Counted from the first letter of the stretch, positions 23,741 to 38,699 are shown. The stretch is 64,000 bases of DNA from Octopus vulgaris (GCA_951406725.2 OX597821.1:113274001-113338000); one strand, 5' to 3'. Translations and numbers: made by a program. The notes: generated from the letters alone by a model not told the origin.

Positions 23741-25289
23741 CTTCTAAACTGGAGAAGTTCAAAAGGCCACGCGACCCAGCACTTAACGAAACTTGGTTGC
23801 AGTAACACACTCTGAAAAAAATGTCGCTCAGCATGTACAGCTGTTATCTCATACATCAGGTGACAGCTTAATGCATTTATTTGCACCAATCACAGAGCAG
23901 TACACATGCAATCACTTTGTTTATATAAAACCAAATTCAAAAGAATCGCTGTCTTTCCACCAACACTCTACAGCCAAGAGCAAGCTGTTTCACTCACTGT
24001 ACTTAGCCCTTGGGTTTCTTCTCGACAGAAAGTAATAACCTGTCACTACATATTATACAGATATAACGAAAGAGTGATGTCTGTTGAAATTATTTCGCTG
24101 CAATATGCAATTCACTAGCTGCAAACATGTACGTTCATTTTCTTTTCCGTAATCTCCTCAACTACATTTTGTCGTTCATGCTACACGCAGATCGCAATAT
24201 AAACTTCAATTCACGGACGTATACGAAATGTTATTTCGATAACATGTGCATCGCTCCATTCATTTCACAAACATGAACATATGTATGCTCTGTCTTCTAT
24301 AACACACGAATCACTCGACTGACCTAACAAACACGAACATATCTAGTTTGCTTTCTTCAGCACATTTTATTCAAAGCTTGTAATTTGAAACGTGTTATTT
24401 TTCTCTGCTTGAACAACTGTCCATTTTAAAATCTGTACTTCACAACATTTGTATGAACACGTGTTGTGTAACTACTCTGAGCCTTTGAGTTCTAAATCTG
24501 TTTAGACACTTAGACCAAAAGAGGTCGACATAACTGGCGGCACGAGTAAAATAAACGTATATATATGTATGTATGTGTGTATATCCCAAAAATGGAACAA
24601 GAACGCAACAGACGACAATAAAACATCCGAGGACACATACACACACACACACACACACGCGCGCGCACACGCACGCACGCACACACGCACGCACGCACAC
24701 ACACGCATATAACTTTATTGTTGTTATCTGCACCGATTCTTTATTTCCCACATATGTTTATACAATCATAAACCATAAAAGATAAACGGAAAGAATACCG
24801 CACCGCGGCCATCACCATCGCAGAAACCTCATTCTGATTTTTTGGTACGAAGTGGGATGTTTTCTCGTGCGTATAGCAGCAGAACCGTTCTAGATAAGGG
24901 AGCAATATTGTAATGTGGGTCACGTTTTTTAGCTTCGCAAGTAAGTCAGCAATTGCTCAGTAGTGAATTAATGGTTTTTCTGACTTAATTAAGACGAAAT
25001 AAATTTTTAGGGGTACATTTTTGACAATGAGTCATAGATCGGGTTATAACCCTGAAAGAGCATCAGAGACGGCGATGTTTTGCATTTATTTGAAGGGTTT
25101 AGTTATTGTTTAGTATCAAACCAGCTACCTTATCTAGTAGAACTATGAAGGAAACATCCCAACCATGGCATACACGTCTTATTTTCATACGATGTACACA
25201 AGATTACATTTGCCAATGTCTTTTCAGACATGTTTAGATGGTGTGTTTGAATCATGGTTGTGGGGCCATCTAATATGACTCTATTCAGA

Positions 25290-25600
25290 AGGCTGTAATA
25301 TCATTTGACAGGAACGCAGTATAAAGGAATACATGGAACAAGGTGGTAACTATAAATACTTTTAATATGTCCTGCCGTATATATATATACAAGCTAATTG
25401 ATAAATGGAAATGGTTTGATGCGTGGAGGCCACGATCTTCTCCTGTACGTTGCCTCCTGTCTGCTAGCTGGCGAGTGGTGTGCAAGAGCCAACTAGATCG
25501 CGTCTTTGCTCTACGACATCGAGATGCCAAAAGAGGAAGAGGTGAGTCTCTGAACCTTAATGTTGCGTATGCCCTCTATTGACCAACTAATTAGGCAGCC
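25290..25600 (+). mobile_element. Highly decayed RTE-like LINE C-terminal fragment
   Basis: Across frameshifts reads FNMS...LAG.WCARAN*IASL...RHRDAKRGRG...SIDQLIR, resembling the RTE-type tail LAGHCxR...RGRP...YIDQL. Confidence 0.4.
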
Positions 25601-26169
25601 GCCGCCGCCGGGTGAGGTAACTGCGCCTACACATGCTATGCAGATCTATATTATCAAACGTGTTTTTCCTTATTTTAATATGATATGGTCGCGTTTGAGG
25701 ATAATAAGGATTTAGACTTATATTTCTAGCCGATATGTCGGCCATGTAGATAACTTACCGTCAATATTATATCATAACATAACACAGCCACAGTATATTT
25801 AAATAGTTATGGAAATATATATTTATAAATTGCGTACCAAGAAATAAATATAGAAAACAATTACTCCCCACCCACCCCGCATTTTATTTGGTGTGTATTT
25901 GTTCTTAAAATATTGTGTCCTTGATCAAGATAAAACAGTTAATTAATTAAAATAATGGATATCAAAAACGACGGAAGCAAAGAGCGGAAATTATATGACG
26001 GAAGTGACAGAATAATTCAGTTAAAACTAAATAATGTTTAGTATTCTTTGCAATGTCTTTTACTGTCCAACTTCATTTTTTATTCCTTTTTGTCTGTGTT
26101 TCAAAAAACCAAACATCAATCTCCGAAATTAGATTGGCTTTGAGAAGGGATGGTATTTATTGAAATAGT

Positions 26170-26392
26170 TCTTCTGCTATAGGCACAAGACCAGGCATTT
26201 GGAGGGAGAGAATTAGTCGATTACATTCGACCCCAGTGTTCGACTGGAGCTTATTTTATCGATCCCGAAAGAACGAATGTCAAAGAACGAATGACTTCAG
26301 AGAAATTTGAATTCAGAGCGTAAAGAGCCGGAAGAAACGCCGCAAAGCATTTTATCCGGTGTGCTAAGGTGTTTGTCAGCTCACCGCCGCCG
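26170..26392 (-). mobile_element. SINE family A, diverged
   Basis: GGCACAAGACC...TTTTATCGATCCCGAAAG...AATTTGAATTCAGAGCG...CTCACCGCC. Confidence 0.75.
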
Positions 26393-26739
26393 TTATTTAT
26401 TGAAATAATCTTTTCTACTAAAAGTAAAAATTGCTGGCTTTGTGCCAAAATTTGAAACTAATTTACTGGTGATTGTATAACTTAACTACTGAGCAGTGGC
26501 GTAGGTGAAGTGTGCCGTCCGAGGCAACTCTTGAGTTTGCCGCTCTGGACCCCGAACAGGCTTACGCAGTAGATCCCAAAGTATCGTCCCTATAAAAGTG
26601 TCACCCGAGGCGGAGTGCACCCCTCCACTATCACCACTACTACTAATTAGCCATCCTCACTAATTATTATAATAGCTTTTAATTTAGGAACAAGACCAGA
26701 TAAACTAAATTTCGGGCCTTGTGCCTAGAGTAGAAAAGA

Positions 26740-27095
26740 ATCGTTAGCACGCTGGGCGAAATGCTTAGCGGTATTTCGCCCGTCCTTACATTCTGAGTTC
26801 AAATTCCGCCGTGGTCGACTTTGCCTTTCATCCTTTCGGAGTGGATAAATTAAGTACTAGTTACGCACTGGGGTCGATGTAATCGACTTAATACCTATGT
26901 CTGTCCTTGTTTGTCCCCTCTGTGTTTAGCCCCTTGTGGGTAATAAAGAAATAGGTATTTCGCCCGTCCTTACATTCTGAGTTCAAATTCCGCCGTGGTC
27001 GACTTTGCCTTTCATCCTTTCGGAGTGGATAACTTAAGTACCAGTGAAACACTGGGGTCAATGAAATCAACTTATCCCCCTCCTCCAGTTTGAGA
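26740..27095 (+). mobile_element. SINE family A with tandemly duplicated body
   Basis: GGTATTTCGCCCGTCCTTACATTCTGAG...GGAGTGGATAA repeated with the same private variants at 26770 and 26954. Confidence 0.85.
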
Positions 27096-28515
27096 CCATT
27101 ATAATAAAAGCTTGTTGTTGTTGTTTGGTCCCTTTCATCCCTAATCAGGCAGTCTGTGGTACCAAAATAATCAACCGAACGATGAGGTGTGCCCCACAGC
27201 TCCACCTTCATAATAATACGGTACCTTTATTTAGCTGCAAACCATTCTGCACAGTTCGCCAGACGTTCTCAATGCAGCAGCTCGATCTGAAAGAAATTGC
27301 TGCCAAATCTTTCTGAAATACCAAAAATAGTTCAATATACAGATAAACCCAAACTGACGGAAATAGTTATTATTAAATGGAATCTCCGATTGATCTTTAG
27401 ATTGCTATCGAATCGTGAGATCTGAGGCGAGAAATGATGTTCAGACATTCCTAACAACTTCCATTATTGGAGAAGATCCTGAACATTCCAACGGAAATCA
27501 AATCGATTCAAATTGACTTGGAGATATGCCAGATCCAACGATTTACATCAACAGAATTATGTATATACTATTGTCAGATCATGTGACACCTAAACTGCGC
27601 ACGCTAAACATTGACGTGACTGATACAGAAAAAGTGTGGAGCTGACTGGAAGTATATTTCGATCAATCACGAATATGTATTTACTCGGAAAAAAACCACT
27701 CAGCTTCCTTGGCAAAAAAATAAAAGTGTTGCTTTGTGAGATATTTTCTTGGAAAAATCAGTTTTAAACAACACAAAGTGCTTTGGAAACTAAGACTTTT
27801 CTTCAGCACAGAATGCTTTAAAAACTAATACCATTATCTTGATTAAACAACAATATTTTCTCTTAAATTACAATTCTAACGAAAATAATTTTCACTGAAA
27901 ACACTAAGCTCTTGTTTAATTCAATAATTCTGACGATAATGGGATGAAATTTGCAAATTTGCAGATCTCACCGAGTTCGTAAAATCTTTGTAATGTCTTC
28001 ATAAAGATGAAAAAATGGTGCTGATTTATAACAATTCAAAACGGAAGAATTCTGTTTCAATTATAGGCGTTGAGTTTGCGTCAGCATCCCCCCCCCATTC
28101 TAACTTCTACATTGATGATGCCGTCTTCGTCACGAATAGAAGGACTCGCTATCTCTATCACAGCCCTGGTGGTCCCTTTTGAATTTGTGAACCAAGAATC
28201 ACCGAATTCAACTCGTGTATTTGTTTTACGAGTATCTTGACGCGAACCTCTCTGTTGAAATATATTTTGTTGTATCTTGGGGGAGTCATTGTGCCAATTA
28301 TAAACACGCCCTGGTTCTATTTCTCTTCTGTATTTTTGTCAACTGGTTAACCATCTAACCTATTGACTTGTTGGTTGTTGTTGGCATCCTTTTTGTCTCG
28401 GGAGACAATGGAGTTGCGCATAAAATAATCTAGTCTGGCTTTTACATTTCATGTCCTAATACATTTCCTGCTGTGCTGTGTAGTCCTATCAACCTATTGA
28501 CTAATCGATATATAT

Positions 28516-28556
<41 letters not shown>

Positions 28557-28659
28557 CATACATACATACATACATACATACATACACACACACATATATA
28601 TACATACATACATACATACATACATACATACATACATACATACATACATACATACATAC

Positions 28660-28883
28660 AATCTTTTATTTGTTTCAGTCAACTGACTGCGTCCATAGTG
28701 GAGCACCACCTTTTGTCAAACTAATAGACCTCAGGACTTATTGTGTGTAAGCCTAGTACTTATTCTATCGGTATCTTTTGCCAAACCGCTAGATTACGGG
28801 TATGTAAACACATCAACATCGGTTACCAAGCGATGATGGGGTGGGGGGATCAAACACAAGCATATGCATACATATAAGTGTGT

Positions 28884-28922
<39 letters not shown>

Positions 28923-29080
28923 TTCCCTTATATTGATGTGTTTATATACCCGTAAAATAGCGGTTCGGCAAAGGAGACCGATAAAATAAGTACTAGGCTT
29001 ACAAAGAATAAGTCCTGGAGTCGATTTGTTCGGCAAAAGGCGGTGCTCCAGCATGGCCGCAGTCAGATGACTGAAACACA
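28660..29080. mobile_element. Two SINE B 3' halves in opposite orientation
   Basis: 28660-28860 (minus) and 28920-29080 (plus) match 8040-8240. Confidence 0.75.
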
Positions 29081-29107
29081 CGAACATAATGGAACATAGA
29101 CACGCAA

Positions 29108-29229
<122 letters not shown>

Positions 29230-29299
29230 GGCGGGCTTCTGTCAGTTTCTCTGACAAGGCTTAGGTCGGCCCGAGGCTATTATATATATATATATATAT

Positions 29300-29398
<99 letters not shown>

Positions 29399-29684
29399 GA
29401 GTGGAGGAGGAGATTATACATTATATAAAGTAAATATTTTTAATTTCCCGCTAATATTACACGTTGTCTCCCAGTGATAAACCGTTTTGTTGACTGTTTC
29501 AATAATGGCGACTGTCTAACCTAAATATTTATTCACAGTTCGTATCTGAATTGGGGTTATATAAGGCTGTTGACATGAACACTGCATGCTTCAAAAATAT
29601 GTATTACTTGCTGTAAACATTTCAAAGTTTTCCAACCGACCAGGGGGTCTCTATGCAAGCGGTTCGTGATTCCCTAACAGTTGC

Positions 29685-29718
<34 letters not shown>

Positions 29719-29719
<1 letters not shown>

Positions 29720-30586
29720 GGCGGAGGTATAGTTTTTCAGTCGTGTTTGTTTTTGTAGCGGACCCTCAGTGAAATCCTCCCTCTCTGACATATATAACAC
29801 AAATACGGACGTAGCAGATAACAGTTAACCATCAGTCGCTTTGGCCCTGTTGTGTCCACTACTCTGATTGGTTGGTTTTGGTGCAGTTTGTCTCTTGCTT
29901 TATTTACGCGCCAATATGCAACCCAACCAATCGCAACCTTCTGATAAGGTCCCGTGACACAGTCTTCTAAATTTTCTTCTGGAGCCTACTATCTGCTCTA
30001 AAATCCAGCGATTCATTGAATGGCGCGTCTTTGGTTATCCAACCACTGACCACAGAGCACTCGGGTAGTTCTCGCGACGCAGCCATGTTCCAGCGACTCA
30101 GCCAGTTCCAGCGACAACACCAACACCAGCAGTATTCGGGACCTTTCACCACCGTCGCCTTCATCTTAACGTCGCCTTCAATCTTATCGTCGTCTCCACC
30201 ACCGTCGCCTGGATCTTAACGACGCCCAACATAAACTTCGCCTAGCTTTAACTTCACGCTGTTTGTGAATATTTCATCACGGTTAACAGCTAGCTCAACC
30301 TGCGAGAACCTTCTGTACCAAGTAACCCGGCTCAGCATGGAAGCCTCAACCGCTACACGACATGTGTTCAACCGACCTCTGCCTTGTGACCTCAACCTCT
30401 TTGTACAGAACCCAACTATTGCATTCTTACTACGAACTGGTATTTACCTTCATTTGTGTCTGATCTTCTTCTAGCGTCCTGACAGACTCATTTCTATGCT
30501 CTGTATTTTATCTCACATGCATACACCTTGTTTGTACACACATACACATTATTGTATGCATGGCTGCCTGTCTATTGTCTATTGTC

Positions 30587-30664
<78 letters not shown>

Positions 30665-31198
30665 GTATGCGTCCTTATGTCGAACACACAGACACACAAT
30701 CTGCTACCCACATGTTGACATCTAAATAAAACCTTTCTCTTAACATATCGGTTGTGTCGTCTTCTCCTTATTCCTTTCTGGTTAACTTTTATTCATTTAT
30801 CCATATTTTGGCTTTTATTGTAAGGCGACCGTGCGGTGTTTAGAGGAATAATTCATTCGTCACCATCTTCTTTTCGAACGGTCGTTCCACAGTTTGTTTG
30901 TTTGTTTGTTTGTCCATGGACAAGATATCTCAAGAACCACTAGATAGATTCGGATGAAACTTTCAGGGATGTTTGGCTCGTGACTGACATGAACTGATTA
31001 GATTTAGGGGTTGATTATTTATCCTGTTTTTTTTTACATAATTTTCGAGAGCGGTCGAGTTCAGTTTTAGCATTTTCGTCTGTGGGAGCAGTCGAGTTTA
31101 TTTCAGATATTCTCATTTTAAAACTCATCTGTGGCTAATCATTGAGAGGATGTTGGTGTTGCCTTGGCGGAGGTTTGTGCTTTCAAAGCGCTCTTGTT
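29719..31198 (+). mobile_element. Helentron-associated (HINE/DINE-like) non-autonomous element, interrupted by a solo LTR
   Basis: TGGCGGAGGT at both ends, (TTTG)n after the 5' end, GGATGAAACTTTCAGGG core, inserted in a TTA tract; classification is by resemblance only. Confidence 0.55.
29754..30891 (+). mobile_element. Solo LTR (~1.14 kb)
   Basis: TGT...ACA ends, flanks GTTTT/GTTTG, AATAAA at 30725, cleanly splits the (TTTG)n of the host element; homologous to 7270-7768. Confidence 0.75.
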
Positions 31199-31794
31199 AT
31201 TATTATTATTGTAGCAAGACTGGTGAGACTTAATGGATCTATTCTGAATATGCTTTTCTAAGCAAGAGGAAAGAAACTGGAAGAGGGCACTCTCCAATGC
31301 CTTGAAGATGGCAGAGTAATCTGGGATTTTTGCTTGGGGTTCACCCCGGCTTACTCTAAGTCGACTGCCCCGCGACTGGTGATTCTATTTATTTATTTAT
31401 TATTATTTTTTTCTTTTACTCTGTATTATATATCCTCTGTTATGTTCTTTAATGTGGTAGTATCTCCTCTTGATGGATGTTAACCACACGTTTTTGTAAT
31501 TTTTTTGTTGCTCTGTAACTCGTCCTTCAGTATTGTCCCCACAGACTTGGGCTTTGTAATCAATAAAAGAAATCACTATTATCATTATTATTGTTGTTGT
31601 TGTTGTTGTTATTTTATTTTTTGCTCGCAACTCACTTTTGGGTGAAACAAAAATATATTTTGGCGTATTTTTGTGCTTAACGGTTGAAAGATAAAATGTA
31701 TTTAAAAAACCTGGTTTTTATCTATATGTTTAGCACAATGTTTCTCAAGGTCAGACCTAGAAATATCTTTATCTGTTATTTTTTATCATTAACT

Positions 31795-32130
31795 AATTTC
31801 AGTCATGAGACTGCGGTCATGCTGGGGCTCCGCTTTGAAGAACTCTAGTTGGACGTGTCAACCCCAGTTGTTACTTTTTAATGTCTGTTGCTTATTCTGT
31901 CGGTGACTTTTCGTTACGGGGGACATAAACAAACCAGCGCCAGTTGTCAAGCGATGGTTAGAGACAAAGACACAAAGACACGCGCGCACACACACACATA
32001 CAACGAGTTTCTTTCAGTTTCCGTCTACCAAATCCACTCACAAAGCTTTGGTCGGACACTTGCCCAAGGTGCCACGCAGTGGGACTGAACCTAGAACCAT
32101 GTGGTTGGGAAGCAAGCTTCTTACCACACA
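31795..32130 (-). mobile_element. SINE family B
   Basis: CTTTCAGTTTCCGTCTACCAAATCCACTCACAA...GGGACTGAACC. Confidence 0.8.
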
Positions 32131-32539
32131 GACACGATAATTTTTGTATGGGTCTCCGTTGGCCACTGTCAACCACGAATCTGTACATCTATGTGCAAGG
32201 CTGGACAAGACTTATTGGAGAAGACTTGCAATTTCCATGCGCCTCCTCGCTGCCGATGTTTGTCCAAGAGAAACGCCGTCGATCTGGGAAGATTCAACAT
32301 GGCACCATTGTCGTCGCAGAGATGTTTATTTCAGAACGCAACGAACCGGAACAGACACCGCAAGGTATTTTGCCCGACAGTTCCACCACCAATCCACTAC
32401 CCTAGATTCGTACTTTATTTATCGATCCTTGAAAGGATGAAAGACAAAATTGACCTAGGTGGGATTTGAACTCAGAGCGTACAGAATTGGAACAAAACTC
32501 TAGCAAGTCGGGCAATTCGCTACTTTAATAAGGGTTTGG

Positions 32540-32850
32540 GTTGAGTGGAGAGGGTACGCGGTTCACGATCGTAAGGACGTGAGCTCGACACCTTGCAGCG
32601 CGTTTTGTCTTTCAACAAGGCGTTTTAATTCGCGCTGTTCCAATCAAGTCACATCGGCTAGCAAATATGAGTTGTACCTGTAATTCAAAGGGGGCCAGCC
32701 TCGTCCCATTCTGTGTCACGCTGAGTCTCCCTGAGAGCTACATCAATGGCACGCGTGTCTGGATTGCTCAGTCATTTCCACGTTAATTTCTCAAACAAGC
32801 TGTTCCGTGGATCGGATCGACTGGAACGCACGCCATCTTAACCCCTGGGG
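32540..32850 (+). mobile_element. SINE family C, old copy
   Basis: GAGTTGTACCTGTAATTCAAAGGGGCCAGCC...CACGTTAATTTC. Confidence 0.7.
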
Positions 32851-33271
32851 TGTCAGTTAGTTTTTAGTCAGGATTCTCAACGAATATAGAAAAGAAAAAA
32901 GACGAGATGGTCATGACTGGAAGCACGAATGCACTTAAAACATTGCCCAGTTTCAGCACCACATATTGGCTCTTTAAGAACTTCAAACGAAATAGCTTAC
33001 ACCGTCGCCAATATTCGAACCAGATATGTCTATTTGAAGAATATGTCGGTATCTTCTCCAAGAGATTTTTTTACTATGGTAATCAATGAGTTTTGCTGTC
33101 TTCTTTCTCTTTTCTTTTCGCAATAGTTTCGAAAGACCTGCACAATGACCACGAGTGCTACCCTTGCTTGTTCTGGTTAAGCCGTATGTATGCATGTATG
33201 TATGTATGTATGTGTGTGTGTGTGTGTGTGTGTGTGCGTACGTGCGTGTGTGCGTGCGTGTGTGCGTGTGT

Positions 33272-34447
33272 GATTTTTTAATTTTTTTTTATTTAGAGTA
33301 AATTCTGACCAGCCATCTACTTTGAGGTTGTGAAGGAAAGCTTCTTGTTTTGTTCATCGTCCTTTAAGTCTTAACAAGGTCTCTTAGATTTTTTTTGTTC
33401 CTGATATAGGGATCATTTACAGCGTATCAAGTAAGGAGTTGCATTCTCTCCGCAAGAACCCAATTTCAGCCATACTTGGTTCCAGACATGTTTAGTATGT
33501 ATCCAGTTGCTCCAATAATAATATGTTTTAAGGTAAAGGTGTAACTTGGGTACTGAATTTGAAAAGTCTTTATCAAGGGTCCAAAGATATTTTCATTCTC
33601 CCTTATTTTTCTGACCCCGTTGGCTTCAAAAAGGCAACTGGTTTTAATAACAAAGCACACCTTATCTTGAGATCACATACAGCAATGTACGACCAGTTGT
33701 GACTCAACTTCATGCCTGTTTTCATTTTAAAGTTCCACTAAGGATCTTTTCGGTTTGAACGGCAGTTTTTTTTAATAATTTCCACGTAACTAAACACTTT
33801 TAAACTTCGTATACTGGTAGAATGTGTTTATAAAACATCTTTTTCTCTTGGCTTTATTGAGAAAATTCTATAGTTTGTAAGATATTTGTTGTTTTTTCCT
33901 TCAATTTCTGCAATTTCAACCAATCACTGACACTATTGAGGTAAAAAACATTCTGTGCCGTATGACTATGTCCTTCGTTTAAGAAACAGATTGGGTTTAT
34001 TTACATTTGTGAAGAAAAAAAGATACCCTCCCCCCACCCCTAACCCTAACCCTAACCCTAACTAACCCTAACCCTTTAACAGATTGAAATGCAATAGATC
34101 GATACTAGGGTCATAATTATGTGTGACAATTTCATATGACACCGCTAGAAAAAACTGCCGTCAAAACCGAAAAGATCCTCCACTAATATTCTTTTTAGTC
34201 ATCAACTTCAATTTAGACAACTTCGTCTGTTGGTGCTTTAGTTTTCATATTCCGTTCTGGCCACCGCATCATGCCCCACGGGAAGATAACATCTGGAAGA
34301 CATTCCCTCGCAGTTGGCAATTACGCGGCTTCATGCGTTCAGCCTTGATTCTGCGCAGACAACATTTCTTGTCTGTCAACGTCTGCAGCCTTTTATGTTG
34401 CAGGTACTTGGAAGGGATTTCTCGTTCTTGAGTCGAATTCAATTAAA
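33272..34447 (-). mobile_element. Old RLE-type (R4/Dong-like) LINE fragment, interrupted by a MITE
   Basis: QEREIPSKYLQHKR...DKKC.L, then FGPLIKTFQIQYPSYTFTLKHIIIGATGYI, similar to 18658-19634; TATG-type repeats on both flanks. Confidence 0.7.
33741..34179 (-). mobile_element. MITE with 6-bp TSD and internal TTAGGG repeats, copy 2
   Basis: Reverse complement of 23291-23740; TSD CCACTA both sides; CCCTAA tract ~34038-34075. Confidence 0.92.
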
Positions 34448-34454
34448 TTGAATT

Positions 34455-34679
34455 GTATGTATGTGTGTATGTATGCGTGTATGTGTGTATGTATGTATGT
34501 ATGTATGTATGTATGTATGTATGTATGTATGTATGTATGTATGTATGTACGTATGTATGTATGTATGTATGTATGTACGTATGCATGTATGTATGTATGT
34601 ATGTATGTATGTATGTATGTACGTATGTATGTATGTATGTATGTATGCATGTATGTATGTATGTATGTATGTATGCATG

Positions 34680-34713
<34 letters not shown>

Positions 34714-35230
34714 TGTATGTATGTATGTATGTATGTATGTATGCATGTATGTATGTATGTATGTATGTATGTACGTATGCATGTATGTATGTATGTATGC
34801 ATGTATATATGTATGTATGTATGTATGTATGTACGAATGTATATTTGTATGTATGTATGTACGAATGTATATTTGTATGTATGTATGTATGTATGTATGT
34901 ATGTATGTATGTATGTATGTATGTACGAATGTATATTTGTATGTATGTATGTATGTATGTATGTATGTATGTATGTATGTATATTTGTATGTATGTATGT
35001 ATGTATGTATGTATGTATGTATGTGTGTGTATGATGTATGCATGTATGCATCTGTGTATGTATGTATATATGCGTGTGTGTACGCGTGTGTATGTATAAG
35101 CACGTACGTAAATACATGTGTGCATTTACACGTACGTATGCTCAAGTGTATATATGCGTATGTACAACATATATGTGTGTTATACATGTGTGTATATGTA
35201 TACGAGTGTATGTGCATATACATACATGTT
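34455..35230. repeat. (TATG)n microsatellite, ~0.8 kb
   Basis: Direct reading. Confidence 0.95.
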
Positions 35231-35564
35231 TTTTAAAAAATGGACAAAAAATGCAATTCCAGCGAGGTTTGAACCTTCAACTGAAAGAAACACAACACCA
35301 TGCATGATGAAGAATACGAATTATGTTTCTCTTACATATACCAATTCCATTGACATTTCCTGAAAGCTGATAGCAATCAAATTCATAAGCTTCTATTCTA
35401 GCATTGCTCTCAGACTTTAGACGTTTGCTAAGAATTCTTAACTTTTAATTAGTGACTTTTGGTGTCTAGACAAGAGTACCATTTCGAAAAATGACATTTC
35501 CTCACAGTCAAAACTCCTCTTCAGCCCATTTCAAAACAACGACATCAACAACAATAATAATAAT

Positions 35565-35787
35565 CCTTTCTATTATAGGCACAAGGCCTGAAACTTTGGC
35601 GGAGTTGGGTGGGAGGCTAGTAGATTACATCGACTTCAGTGCGTGACTGGTACTTACTTCACCGACCCCGAAAACATGAAATGCGAAGTCGACCTCGGCA
35701 GAATTTGAACTCAGAACGTGAAGACGGACGAAATACCGCCAAGCATTCCGCCCGGCGTGCTAACGATTCTGCCAGCTTGCCCGCCTT
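35565..35787 (-). mobile_element. SINE family A
   Basis: AAGTCGACCTCGGCAGAATTTGAACTCAGAACG...CTGCCAGCTTGCCCGCCTT. Confidence 0.8.
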
Positions 35788-35789
35788 AG

Positions 35790-35852
<63 letters not shown>

Positions 35853-36383
35853 GCCCTGATGCAGTACCAGGCAGTGGCTCACGTGGCTTCTCATCTTAAC
35901 TGATTCGAAATGTTATCATGTACATTGTTTTGTCTTGGTATAAAAGATGGGCTACAGCAAATATTCTGCTCAATACCACAGATTTGCCTGTCAGTTGTTT
36001 GACCTTAACCAGTTGAGCATGTCTCTTAGTGGTTGACAATACGTGCATCTCTGATCATGAGCAGAAGTAGTGGGGGAACATCATAGCCATGTGTTGAGAA
36101 GGATTCTTTGGGGTTTGAATAATTCACCTCAACATCCTAAAGAACCCTTATTCAGGGACCTTTTCAGCGGGATGGGTTACTCGACCAGAAGAAAATTCTA
36201 ACTAGGCCCCATCTACAAGGTCATGTGCTGTTTATCTTGATATGAGATCATCATGTCGCGCACATATGATTGTGATGCATGTGCCTGGTGTACCCTCATC
36301 AGACGGGTAGTAATGATTGGTATACTGGGCTTCGTATATTTTACCCCAGTGTCACTTTGATAGCATGCTCTGCTCTCTCACTC
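35853..36383. mobile_element. Unclassified ~530-bp element embedded in a (TAA)n tract
   Basis: Sharp boundaries against (TAA)n on both sides; no TIR and no long ORF seen. Confidence 0.5.
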
Positions 36384-36786
<403 letters not shown>

Positions 36787-36814
36787 ATAATAATAATAAT
36801 AATAATAATAATTT

Positions 36815-37290
36815 ATTCTTTTATTAGCCACAAGGGCTCGCATAAAATAATATTAAAAGACATGCAACAACATAAACGTCAAAAACAGGACAATATAAAG
36901 GGTTTTACAGTGTGTGAACAATATAAATAACAATTAAAAATTGAACAAATTAAAACTCCCAATAGGAGAGGTGCTTTAAGGCCCTTGTGGAAAAACCCAC
37001 AAAAGCCACGGGTGCCTGAACAACAGGGTAAGAGCCCTTCTCCTTTTGTTTGCAGGTGCACGCTCAGTATTGGTCCTTTCACACTGGCCATTCTTTAAAC
37101 ATCCATCCGCTTTTGAACAAACTTGTTACAAGGCAACACTTCCCTCTCCACCCTCAATTTCCTTTTCGAGTGAAACTTGGAAAAGTTGGATGAGGGCTTG
37201 GCCAAAGAGGAAAGTGTCTGTCTTTAGCCCTTTCAATCAGGTCCACCATGATAATGATTTCATTTATTTGCCAGCAGGGTGAAAGATGGC
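36815..37290 (-). mobile_element. L1/Tx1-like LINE 3' fragment
   Basis: Similar to 16500-16700 (GAGGAAAGTGT.TGTCT.TAG.CCTTTCA...GTCCACCAT). Confidence 0.6.
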
Positions 37291-37994
37291 GGGGACATTA
37301 CAAAGACAGACCCAAAGTGTTGGGGTTTACCTATAATGAAATGATAAAATATACAAACGAATAACAAGAAAAAAAAACAGTAAGTATACCCAGTGTACAA
37401 TGAAAAGGAAAAGAAATACACCGGGTATACAAATGTTAAAAAAGGGATTGATGATGGAGATGGTGGTGGTGGTGGTGGTGGTGGTGGTGGTGGTGGTGGT
37501 GGTGGTGGTGGTGGTGGTGGTGATGGTGATGATGATGATGGTGATGGTGACGATGATAGTGGTGTTGATGAAGATGATGATGATTTCAAATTTGGGCACA
37601 AGGCCAGCTGTTTCGTGGGGTGGGAATGAATCGAGTACATCCAGCCAACACGTGACTGGTACTTATTTAATCGACCCGGAACTGGTTAAAAGTAAACTCT
37701 GAAACCTCATATATAAAAAAAAAACAAAATGATAAAAAAAAAAAGTTGTGGGAGCCAAGGCAAGAGATGGCAGCAGATGCTAGAATTTGGCTTTGATTAT
37801 AAATTGATTGGTTTTGAAGGAAGCGTTTAAACAAGAGGAGAGGAATTACGAGCCGGGAGTAGGTTGGAAAATAAAAAAAAATTTCTATAAAAAAACAAAA
37901 CAACTTTCCATCTTTAGAATGAGAAAAGAAGAAAAAATAAAGAACTAGATTTGGTGTGTGTGTTTGTTACACAAACGTGCTAATACATATATTA

Positions 37995-38029
<35 letters not shown>

Positions 38030-38036
38030 CGTGTGT

Positions 38037-38077
<41 letters not shown>

Positions 38078-38106
38078 TAATACATATATAACACATACAT
38101 GAATAT

Positions 38107-38208
<102 letters not shown>

Positions 38209-38699
38209 AAAGGGCTTAGTAAAATAAATTACTTTGGGTATATATATAATATATATATGTACATATATATGTGCATGTGTGTGTGCGTGTGTGTGTGTGA
38301 GAGAGTGTGTGTGTGTGTGTGTGTGTATACAAGTATGCACAGACAGACAGACGGACAGACAGATAGATAGAGTGATGCATGTAGATAGAAAAGGGGGAGG
38401 AGCCATGAAAGTAATAACTACGAAAGAAACAAAAACAGAGACCTGGGGGCAGATTAATCGATCGATTGATTGATTTGATCGATCGGTCGATCGATAAAGA
38501 GATAAATACAAAGAGTTCTGATATGGTCATCTTCCCATTTAATCTTTAGGAGATCGATAAAATAAAGTACTCTGTTGTATTGAAAGAAATTACTGAATTG
38601 AAGCAAATTTAGGTTGATGGAGTCGACATCTTACGTTCTCTGAGGAATAGATTGACAAGCTAATAGATTGATCAATTATTGGATAAAGGGATGATGTAT

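Noticed and set aside
25468-25547. Apparent exon with TAG acceptor and GAG|GTGAGT donor
   Set aside because: Surrounding sequence reads better as a decayed RTE-like LINE tail; no recognisable host protein
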